Of a stretch of DNA of 64,000 bases, positions 43,401-55,400 are shown piece after piece (the first letter of the stretch is position 1; every line of letters starts with the position of its first letter). The stretch lies in the NCBI RefSeq assembly GCF_964355755.1, contig NC_092676.1:4255888-4319887 (forward strand). Reading direction: 5' to 3'. A model generated the notes under the pieces. The model saw only the letters and a program-made list of their open reading frames with translations, did not search any database and was not told the DNA's origin. This DNA is from Antedon mediterranea. Its lineage: Eukaryota > Animalia > Echinodermata. The translations under genes were made by a program, and so were the position numbers.

Positions 43401-46400
43401 GGTGAATATCCGGATACGCAAAAAATACCGTATAATATACGGTATTTAGTTGGCAGCAGAAACAGGGCCTAAGTCTCAGTTCCATTAGGAAGTTTTTTGT
43501 TTTCTTTTCTGGACCGAATCTGTGTTCCAAGGCCGCAATCAGTTCTACGTAGGTTAACTCCCGCTCTGGGGCCACAGCCAATACCTTCAAGGCTGGTCCT
43601 TTTAGGCTGGCTTTGAGGAATGCTCCAGCTTGTTCCTCCGTCCATCCGTTCGCCTCCACGCAGGCCCGAAAATGTTGGAGATAATCCCTCCAAGGCGCCT
43701 TTCCCTCAAACCTATCGGGATGTATGACTGGTCTTTGGCATCGGAGGTTCTTTCCAAACCTCTTCTGCATCGCTTCTGCTCCGCTTATCCTCGGTTCCTG
43801 GGTCAACGGCCATGGTGGAGTAAAGGTGTCAACTTCGGTCGACTGCGACCTTCTCTTTCCTGTTGACTGTCCAACAGGGGACCCTAATACCTCCAGACTA
43901 TCGGTTTCCTCCGCCCTCTGCTCCGAACTATCTCTATCTAAAGGTGCACGTCCGCTACCACCAGTACTCCTCTGGGGCGGGGAGCCGTGTCCAATACTGG
44001 AGCTTAACGGCTGCGCCGGGTCCATGTCCGTCACCTCGTTCTCCAGTCGGTTTATCTCCCTCTGGATAGCATCTAATGACTCTTGTAATTGTTCCATCGT
44101 GTGAGTAATTCCTTCCGCAACACGACCAAATCCCACCGCTGCCACCAATGTAACGAAAATCCGTCCTCGGGTTCGTTCCCTTTTGGGGAAAGGTCTGCGG
44201 TACCACGAATGAACGAAACACACAAATCAATTACAATCTTTGGAGTGGCCTCCTTTATTCTTCTATGATTTCTAATTTATTGGTACAAGTGATTATAATA
44301 ATTATTCTGATTAGTTCTGTTATTACGCCGGACTTGGAATAGTAGCGTAACCACCGCTCGCACGTAACGCAATGGTGTAACCTCCAACTGCACGTAACCA
44401 CCAACACAATGGTGTAACCTCCAACTGCACGTAACCACAAACAAGGGTGTAACCTTCACAGCGCGTAACCACCAACACAATGGTGTAACCTCCACAGCAC
44501 GTAACCACCAACACAATGGTGTAACCTCCACAGCAACGTACACCAACACAATGGTGTAACCTCCAACTGCACGTAACCACCAACTATGGTGTAACCTCCA
44601 ACTGCACGTAACCACCAACTAAGGTGTAACCTCCAACTGCACGTAACCACCAACAATGGTGTAACCTCCACAGCACGTAACCACCAACACAATGGTGTAA
44701 CCTCCAACCGCACGTAACCACAAACTAAGGTGTAACCTCCAACTTCACGTAACCACCAACTAAGGTGGAACCTCCAAACTGCACGTAACCACCAACAATG
44801 GTGTAACCTCCAATTGCACGTAACCACCAACTAAGGTGGAACCTCCAACTGCACGTAACCACCAACTAAGGTGTAACCTCCAACTGCACGTAACCACCAA
44901 CTAAGGTGTAACCTCCAACTGCACGTAACCACCAACTAAGGTGTAACCTCCACAGCACGTAACCACCAACACAATGATGCAACCTCCACAGCAACATACA
45001 CCAACACAATGGTGTAACCTCCAACTGTAGCGTAACCACACACAATGGTATAGCCTCCAACTGTAGTGTAACCACCAACTATGGTGTAACCTCCAACTGC
45101 ACGTAACCACCAACACAATGGTGTAACCTCCACAGCATGTAACCACCAACTATGGTGTAACCTCCAACTGCGCGTAACCACCAACACAATGGTGTAACCT
45201 CCACAGCACGTAACCACCAACTATGGTGTAACCTCAACAGCAACGTACACCAACACAATGGTGTAACCTCCACAGCAACGCAACCACCAACACAATGGTG
45301 TAACCTCCACAGCAACGTACACCAACACAATGGTGTAACCTCCACAGCAACGCAACCACCAACACAATGGTGTAACCTCCACAGCAACGTAGACCAACAC
45401 AATGGTGTAACCTCCAATACAAAACAGTGAGCGTAGCCTCGGGCTAACCTGTCACTTTCTCACTGTTAATTTTGTAACAAGAAATCACGAAACAATACAC
45501 TTACTACTTACTGTTTCTGTAATTCTCTCTTTTATTACTCAACTTTAGTTTCCTCATGGACACTTGTTTTCTTTTTAATCTCTCTGATATCTTTGCTCTA
45601 AATTATACGTCTGCTCTCTCCTTCCTCTCCTTTTCAACTCCCAGCTCATCTTTTCTTCCACTCCCTGCTCCTCTGCTGCCCTCTATGTTTTCTATCTTCC
45701 CCCAAAATCATTACAATATTATAATAAAGTACAAAGTAGTGTTATTTACCGTGATAATCTAAAGATAATAACAGTAATTATTATAATTGATTAATATTAC
45801 ATTTATAAAGAAACTTGTACATTTGTTTAATTTTAATAGTAAACATTAGACTTGTGGATGGCAGCAATTTCTATGAGGGGCGAGTTGAAGTTCACGATGG
45901 TACAGAATGGGGTACAATATGTGATAAAGGCTGGGACATTAACGACGCTCAAGTTGTATGTCAACAATTAAGACTAGGACAAGCTGTCCAAGCTCTAGTG
46001 GGAGCTTATTTTGGTCAAGGGACTGGTCCGATTATGCTTGATAATTTTCGGTGTTCAGGGAGTGAGACATCTATCACAAGCTGTCCTAATAATGGAATGA
46101 GGTTACACAATTATTGTGGACATAATGAGGATGCTAGTGTTATTTGTGGTAGGTAAAGTAGTAACTGTAAAAAGGATTAACACAGACAACAACAATACTG
46201 TAAGGCCAAGACAACTTTTTTAACTAGGAAATGTTTATCCCAGTTTAAAAGGAAAACCAATTTTGTTTTGTTCATAAGCTAATCTTTTCAATATTTTTGT
46301 TCATTGCCACCATTCACACTTTTTATCCACGTCCCAGTTATATTACTCATTAAATGTTAAAATAAAAACGTTCAGCAATTTCAAACTGCTACTCATCTTA

Positions 46401-49400
46401 TAAAATAATGGGCAGTTTGTCAGAGTTGGAAAAAAGAAACAGTTGTAATTTTTATTTGGTTTCAATCTCAAAATCATAATTTGTTTAAGAAATGTATTAT
46501 TTACACATTTTCATTCATCATTTAATTTTATATCAGTTCATTTCAGTTTATTCAATTTTTGCAAAACAGTAGACATAAATATAAAAAGGTACCAGAAAAT
46601 AATAAATAAACTAATAATGAAGATAATGTTATTTAGTGATGAAAGCTTAAAATGTTAAAAATGTTTCTATGGGCAGATATTATCTCATATTAAGATATAC
46701 CTCATCATTTAATTATTCGTTATATTGAACAGGTTTTAAATTTAGTTTTAAACTGTTTAATAGCAGTAATTTATAATACTATATTAGGTACCATTACAAT
46801 GGACGGGCACAATCTTATGATTATTTTAAGGTTAGGGAATCAAAAAGATAGTACAGGAATATAATTTAATGTCCTGAGTTACTTATGTCAGAATCACATC
46901 AGCTTTTATAACTTAACGAGAGTATAGCTTTACAGTGAGAGATACTGTATATCAATTATAAAGAACGGATATTAACTTGTACATTTGTTTCATTTAGTAA
47001 ACATTAGACTTGTGAATGGCATCAATATTTATGAGGGACGAGTTGAAGTTTACGATGGCACAGAATGGGGTACAGTATGTGATAATGGCTGGGACATTAA
47101 CGACGCTCAAGTTGTATGTCGACAATTGAGACTAGGACAAGCTACCCAAGCTCCAGGGCAAGCTCATTTTGGCCACGGGACTGGTCCGATTATGCTTGAT
47201 GATGTTCAGTGTTCTGGAAATGAGACATCTATCACAGACTGTCCTAATAATGGAATAAGGGTAGGCCTACACGATTGTGGGCATAATGAGGATGCTAGTG
47301 TTATTTGTCAATGTAAGAAAAAATTGACACTAAATACAAACTTTAGTACTAACAGACGATATTACAATACACTATGGACTAAGAGAGAGATTTATCAAAA
47401 ATTATATAAAATTTAAAGAAAAAAAGAGGTTAAAGCTACATTTGGCATTTTTTATTCTCCTTGTATATTAACCAGAGGAAACAAACAATACCATTAAATT
47501 AAACAGTGTAATATTGAAGCTTAAATATAATACGCCGTGGTTAGGATTCCGGCACCGGAACTCAACTGCCCAGCGTTAGGGATTCCGACACGCTATTGCG
47601 CATGCCCAGAGCGAGGTAATCGGCGACTCTATACTTATCAACAGCGATGGATTATTTCATAGCTGCGCCACACGGCGAACTAGCCTAGATGCCTTCTAAT
47701 ATGGGATCCACTAATCTAGGCTAGGGCTACCAGTTAGACTACGTGACCAGTGGGCCTATAGTATTTATTTTGTAATTAAAAAGTGGTTGCTTCATTCATA
47801 TATAAAATTCATATCATTATGAATTATATAATTACATGACTAGTTTTTTGATTTTTCATAACGCATTATACTGTACATATACAACATGCAATCACAAGTT
47901 GATTTGTTGACGGTGTTCTAAAATTTTAGGTACCCCCGTAACTGAGTGCACCCCCTATTGAATTACAACAGTAATACGTTGCATGCTCCGCCTACTTTAT
48001 GTTTATTCAACGAATTTTATGCATCACTAACTCTCGCTTCTTTTCCGGGATACAGAATATTTTAGCTTAGTTAAAATTTTCAGTACCCCGTGACAAATTG
48101 CACCCCCTACTCTACGTATTATAAAGTTTTGTCTACGTACTCCCACTTGCACTGATGAAGGGGTAGTGTTTTCCAAAAGCTCTGCTAAGTGTTCAGGCTG
48201 TTTTAATTTATCGTTTTGATTTAGCTTTTTCTTTATTTTATTTTGTATCCAGAGATCCTGTCACTGAAACCCACAACAATTCAGTAATTGTCCGATGTAT
48301 TATATAACTCGATCCTTGGACTATACACTTATTAGGCCTATGATTATTCATTATTATTATTTATTTATTAATAATGAAGTCATGGCCTGTATACGGGCCT
48401 GTATACTACGGTTATATACTGTTTATTTTTCATATGAATCAATGATTTTGATTTGAATGTTCATAACCGTTCTAAGCACCCTAGCGCTCTCCTAATTTTA
48501 TCTATAATATATTTATTTAATCTCAAGTTGTTTTAGGCCCATATAACATTATGTTTAGTTGTCTTATGATTATTTTACGAAGGAAAACGGACACACGCCA
48601 ATTGAACAGGAATACAAGCCCAAAACACCGGGCATTATGCACCAAAAATAAATCACATTGCACCCCCTATATTATAACAGTTAATAACTATATACTATAG
48701 GGGTTGCAATATATTACGGACTGTCTAGAATATTAGGTACCCCGTGACAGATTGCACCCCCTATATTATAACAGTTAATAACTATATACTATAGGGGTTG
48801 CAATATATTACGGACTGTCTAGAATATTAGGTACCCCCGTGACAGATTGCACCCCCTATATTATAACAGTTAATAACTATATACTATAGGGGGTGCAATA
48901 TATTATGGTCTGTCTAGAATATTAGGTACCCCGTGACAGATTGCACCCCCTGTAATATAACAGTTAATAACTATCTATTTTAGGGGTTGCAATATATTAT
49001 GGGCTGTCTAGAATATGAGGTACCCCCGTGACAGATTGCACCCCCTATATTATAACAGGTAATAACTATAGGGGGTGCAATATATTATGGTCTGTCTAGA
49101 ATATTAGGTACCCCGTGACAGATTGCACCCCCTGTAATATAACAGTTAATAACTATCTATTTTAGGGGTTGCAATATATTATGGGCTGTCTAGAATATTA
49201 GGTAACCCGTGACAGATTGCACCCCCTGTAATATAACAGTTAATAACTATATACTAAAGGGGGTGCAATATATTACGGACTGTCTAGAATATTAGGTACT
49301 ATACCCCGTGACAGATTGCACCCCCTATAATATAACAGTTAATAACTATATATTATAGGGGGTGCAATATATTACGGACTGTCTAGAATATTAGGTACCC

Positions 49401-52400
49401 CCGTGACAGATTGCACCCCCTGTATTATAATAGTTAATAACTATATACTATAGGGGGTACAATATATTATGGGCTGTCTAGAATATTAGGTACCCCTTTA
49501 CAGATTGCACCCCCTATATTATAACAGTTAATAACTATATATTATAGGGGGTGCAATATATTATGGGCTGTCTAGAATATTAGGTACCCCCGTGAGAGAT
49601 TGCACCCCCTATATTATAACAGTTAATAACTATATATTATAGGGGGTGCAATATATTATGGGCTGTCTAGAATATTAGGTACCCCGTGACAGATTGCACC
49701 CCCTATATTATAACAGTTAATAACTATATATTATAGGGGGTGCAATATATTACGGACTGTCTAGAATATTAGGTACCCCCGTGAGAGATTGCACCACCTG
49801 TATTATAATAGTTAATAACTATATACTATAGGAGGTACAATATATTATGGGCTGTCTAGAATATTAGGTACCCCGTGACAGATTGCACCCCCTATATTAT
49901 AACAGTTAATAACTATATATTATAGGGAGTGCAATATATTATGGGCTGTCTAGAATATTAGGTACCCCCGTGAGAGATTGCACCCCCTATATTATAACAG
50001 TTAATAACTATATACTATAGGGGGTACAATATATTATGGGCTGTCTAGAATATTAGGTACCCCCGTGACAGATTGCACCCCCTATATTATAACAGTTAAT
50101 AACTATATAATATAGGGGGTGCAATATATTATGGGCTGTCTAGAATATTAGGTACCCCGTGACAGATTGCACCCCCTATAATATAACAGTTAATAACTAT
50201 ATACTATAGGGGGTGCAATATATTATGGGCTGTCTAGAATATTAGGTACCCCGTGACAGATTGCACCCCCTGTAATATAACAGTTAATAACTATATATTA
50301 TAGGGGGTGCAATATATTACGGACTGTCTAGAATATTAGGTACCCCCGTGACAGATTGCACCCCCTATATTATAACAGTTAATAACTATATATTATAGGG
50401 GGTGCAATATATTATGGGCTGTCTAGAATATTAGGTACCCCCGTGACAGATTGCACCCCCCTATATTATAACAGTTAATAAATATATATTATAGGGGGTG
50501 CAATATATTATGGGCTGTCTAGAATATTAGGTACCCCGTGACAGATTGCACCCCCTATATTATAACAGTTAATAACTATATACTATAGGGGATGCAATAT
50601 ATTACGGACTGTCTAGAATATTAGGTACCCCGTGACAGATTGCACCCCCTGTATTATAATAGTTAATAACTATATATTATAAGGGGTACAATATATTATG
50701 GGCTGTCTAGAATATTAGGTACCCCGTGACAGATTGCAACCCCTATATTATAACAGTTAATAACTATATATTATAGGGGGTGCAATATATTACGGACTGT
50801 CTAGAATATTAGGTACCCCGTGACAGATTGCACCCCCTATAATATAACAGTTAATAACTATATACTATAGGGGGTGCAATATATTATGGGCTGTCTAGAA
50901 TATTAGGTACCCCGTAACAGATTGCACCCCCTGTAATATAACAGTTAATAACTATATATTATAGGGGGTGCAATATATTACGGACTGTCTAGAATATTAG
51001 GTACCCCCGTGACAGATTGCACCCCCTATATTATAACAGTTAATAACTATATATTATAGGGGGTGCAATATATTATGGGCTGTCTAGAATATTAGGTACC
51101 CCCGTGACAGATTGCACCCCCTATATTATAACAGTTAATAACTATATACTATAGGGGGTGCAATATATTACGGACTGTCTAGAATATTAGGTACCCCGTG
51201 ACAGATTGCACCCCCTATAATATAACAGTTAATAACTATATACTATAGGGGGTGCAATATATTATGGGCTTTCTAGAATATTAGGTACCCCGTGACAGAT
51301 TGCACCCCCTGTAATATAACAGTTAATAACTATATATTATAGGGGGTGCAATATATTACGGACTGTCTAGAATATTAGGTACCCCGTGACAGATTGCACC
51401 CCCTATATTATAACAGTTAATAATAACTATATATTTTAGGCGATACAATACAATACAATTTTGTTGTTTATTAATTTCATACATGCATTTCAAATTCACA
51501 AATGTCCCGCCCGCGACGTTTTAGGTGGTTTTTTATATTTATTTAAAAAGTAATGATGCAAAAATCATATTTCAAAAATATATTGTTACGGACGGGACAT
51601 TTTTTTTACGGACGGGACATATGATTTAAATCCTAATTATTTCACAAACCATGAATGTTTTAAACATTTTTTGACAGATATAGTTACACTATGACCCTAT
51701 ATTGTACATAGTCAAGCATTTTATAACACATATTTTGTTTATTAAATTTTATATATACATTTCAAAATTCATAATTGTCCCATCCACGACATTTAATAGT
51801 AGTTTTATGGTGTTTTTTACATTTCAGTTAACGTATTGATACCACAATTTAATATTTAGTTTTTTCCTTTTAAAAACTATATGCAGTACATTATAAACAA
51901 ATATTTTGAAACTTTTGGTGAACATATCGTATTTCAAAAATATATTGATGACATTTTTTGTAGGAACGGGACAGACATTTTTGTTAAGGACAGGACATAT
52001 CATTTAAATCCTTTTCATTTAATAAAACCATGCATCTTGTTAACATTTTCCCCATAAATATACTGTAGTTAACTTTTTATTTCACAGTAAGCTCCAATTG
52101 TTCATAATCAAGTACAGTATTTTATTATTGTTTATTAATTTCATACTTGCATTTCAAAATTCATAATTGTTACTTCTGAGACATTTCGATTGAGGTTTTT
52201 TCCTCACTTGTGTTTATTGAAGTAATGGCTCCAAAATTGTTATTTAATTCTTAATTTTCAATTGCAATAGATTTAAACAAGTTTTTTTAATATAAAAAAC
52301 ATTACTATCAAAATTTAGTGAATGTTACGGATGGGAAATTTTTGTTAGGGATGGGATGGCATTATTTTAAGAATTAAAACGTGTTTTTGTACTGTAGGCT

Positions 52401-55400
52401 GGACAGTACTGTACAAAGGTGTTAACTGCTGTTTATTAATCACAAAACATTGTGGTCTGTATTTAAAAAAACAATCCACAAAAGAACAATACCGAAATCC
52501 AAAACAACATGAAAAGTATGAAAGGGAGTATTGGGTGTGGTCATCACTTTGTAGATTTTGTGAATTTGCAACCAAGAATCTTTAAATATCAGATACTAAA
52601 TAATTAAGATTGAAGTTTAATAGAAGTAGGCCTACAGTAACATTAAATCCAAGCAAGGATGCAACTTGGATCCACTTTCTAACAAATTCAGACGTCAAAT
52701 GCCAACGACAATTTTTAAAGATTCTCCTTAAATGTGTTAATAGCTTGAAGTCTTGTGTAATATGCCAAGCACAACTTTTAAATTAGTGTAAATATTATTT
52801 TGATAGCATTTAACAGTATTGCTTCTCTTTATAACTCTTCGAATAATTAATTTTATAAATAAATATTTCATATTTATGAATTTTAATATTTTCACTTGAC
52901 ATAAACTTTTATACAGTGTTTCAAAGGTTGAATTATATTTTGATTTGTAAATAAAGGAGTAAATTGATGTAAAAAACCTCAGAAAAAACTAATTATAAAT
53001 TTTGTTTAACCTGGACAAAAGTGTCCTGTCCGCGATGTTAGAAATGTCCCGTCCGTAACGACATATAAATCATTTTATTAATAAATTTGCAGTTAAAATT
53101 TTATAATTAACAGTCAGTCATCTAAAACAACTATCTGGCAACATAATAATACAAAACAAATTTTAAAATCTCTTTTAAATGAGGAGAAATATTACAATAC
53201 GTAAACCTTCTTAAAACTCATTTCCAATTTGCCGTCATCCACGACGCATACAATTTTCATAATAAAAATATTTTTGTACAGTTTTTTTTTTCTTTTTTTT
53301 TGACTTCATAATTAACATTGGCCACATATGTATACATTCATTCTACTTTGAATCTTGTATTGTTTTTAATTTAAAGATAATGTCACAACAACTAGTTATA
53401 TTCTCAATTCCCTAATATATAGTTATTAACTGTTATATTATAGGGGGTGCAATCTGTCACGGGTTACCTAATATTCTAGACAGGCCGTAATATATTGCAC
53501 CCCCTATAGTATATAGTTATTAACTGTTATATTACAGGGGGTGCAATCTGTCACGGGGTACCTAATATTCTAGACAGCCCATAATATATTGCACCCCCTA
53601 TAATATATAGTTATTATTAACTGTTATAATATAGGGGGTGCAATCTGTCACGGGGTACCTAATATTCTAGACAGCCCATAATATATTTCACCCCTATAAT
53701 ATATAGTTATTAACTGTTATAATATAGGGGGTGCAATCTGTCACGGGTTACCTAATATTCTAGACAGCCCGTAATATATTGCACCCCCTATAGTATATAG
53801 TTATTAACTGTTATATTACAGGGGGTGCAATCTGTCACGGGGTACCTAATATTCTAGACAGCCCATAATATATTGCACCCCCTATAATATATAGTTATTA
53901 TTAACTGTTATAATATAGGGGGTGCAATCTGTCACGGGGTACCTAATATTCTAGACAGCCCATAATATATTGCACCCCTATAATATATAGTTATTAACTG
54001 TTATAATATAGGGGGTGCAATCTGTCACGGGTTACCTAATATTCTAGACAGCCCGTAATATATTGCACCCCTATAGTATATAGTTATTAACTGTTATATT
54101 ACAGGGGGTGCAATCTGTCACGGGGTACCTAATATTCTAGACAGTCCGTAATATATTGCACCCCCTATAGTATATAGTTATTAACTGTTATAATATAGGG
54201 GGTGCAATCTGTCACGGGTTACCTAATATTCTAGACAGCCCGTAATATATTTCACCCCTATAGTATATAGTTATTAACTGTTATATTACAGGGGGTGCAA
54301 TCTGTCACGGGGTACCTAATATTCTAGACAGCCCATAATATATTGCACCCCCTATAATATATAGTTATTATTAACTGTTATAATATAGGGGGTGCAATCT
54401 GTCACGGGGGTACCTAATATTCTAGACAGCCCATAATAGGCCTATATTGCACCTCTATAATATATAGTTATTAACTGTTATAATATAGGGGGTGCAATCT
54501 GTCACGGGTTACCTAATATTCTAGACAGCCCGTAATATATTGCACCCTTATAGTATATAGTTATTAACTGTTATATTACAAGGGGTGCAATCTGTCACGG
54601 GGTACCTAATATTCTAGACAGCCCATAATATATTGCACCCCCTATAATAAATAGTTATTATTAACTGTTATAATATAGGGGGTGCAATCTGTCACGGGGG
54701 TACCTAATATTCTAGACAGCCCATAATAGGCCTATATTGCACCTCTATAATATATAGTTATTAACTGTTATAATATAGGGGGTGCAATCTGTCACGGGGG
54801 TACCTAATATTCTAGACAGTCCGTAATATATTGCACCCCCTATAATATATAGTTATTAACTGTTATAATATAGGGGGTGCAATCTGTCACGGGGGTACCT
54901 AATATTCTAGACATTCCGTAATATATTGCACCCCCTATAATATATAGTTATTAACTGTTATAATATAGGGGGTGCAATCTGTCATGGGGGTACCTAATAT
55001 TCTAGACAGTCCGTAATATATTGCACCCCCTATAATATATAGTTATTAACTGTTATAATATAGGGGGTGCAATCTGTCACGGGGGTACCTAATATTCTAG
55101 ACAGTCCGTAATATATTGCACCCCCTATAATATATAGTTATTAACTGTTATAATATAGGGGGTGCAATCTGTCACGGGGGTACCTAATATTCTAGACATT
55201 CCGTAATATATTGCACCCCCTATAATATATAGTTATTAACTGTTATAATATAGGGGGTGCAATCTGTCACGGGGGTACCTAATATTCTAGACAGCCCATA
55301 ATATATTGCACCCCTTTAATAGATAGTTATTAACTATTATATTAGGCCTATAGGGGGTGCGTCACGGGTGTACCTAATATTCTAGACAGTCCGTAAAATA

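Larger units (their letters stand above)
41052..43469 (-). mobile_element. Non-autonomous PIF/Harbinger element nested in gag
   Basis: TAA TSD (41049-41051, 43470-43472); TIRs GGGCCTGTTTCTGCTGC / GCAGCAGAAACAGGGCC; subterminal AATACGGTAT repeats; Myb/trihelix-like fragment at 41262-41507 ([28 protein letters not shown]). Confidence 0.88.
40408..44097 (-). pseudogene. gag: Gypsy gag, split by a Harbinger insertion (43473-44097 + 40408-41051)
   Basis: [20 protein letters not shown] capsid-like motif; zinc knuckle [14 protein letters not shown]; frame rejoins ([14 protein letters not shown]) after removing the insertion and one TSD. Confidence 0.9.
30101..45715 (-). mobile_element. Full-length defective Ty3/Gypsy LTR retrotransposon in the intron between SRCR exons 15 and 16
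   Basis: TG..CA LTRs at 44149-45715 and 30101-32185, ATAT TSD confirmed by the empty site in paralogous introns, PBS, PPT, order gag-PR-RT-RH-IN. Confidence 0.97.

Noticed and set aside
12671-47416. SRCR ORFs as separate single-exon genes
   Set aside because: ORF starts are TTG codons in polypyrimidine tracts, with no signal peptides and clear phase-1 splice sites.
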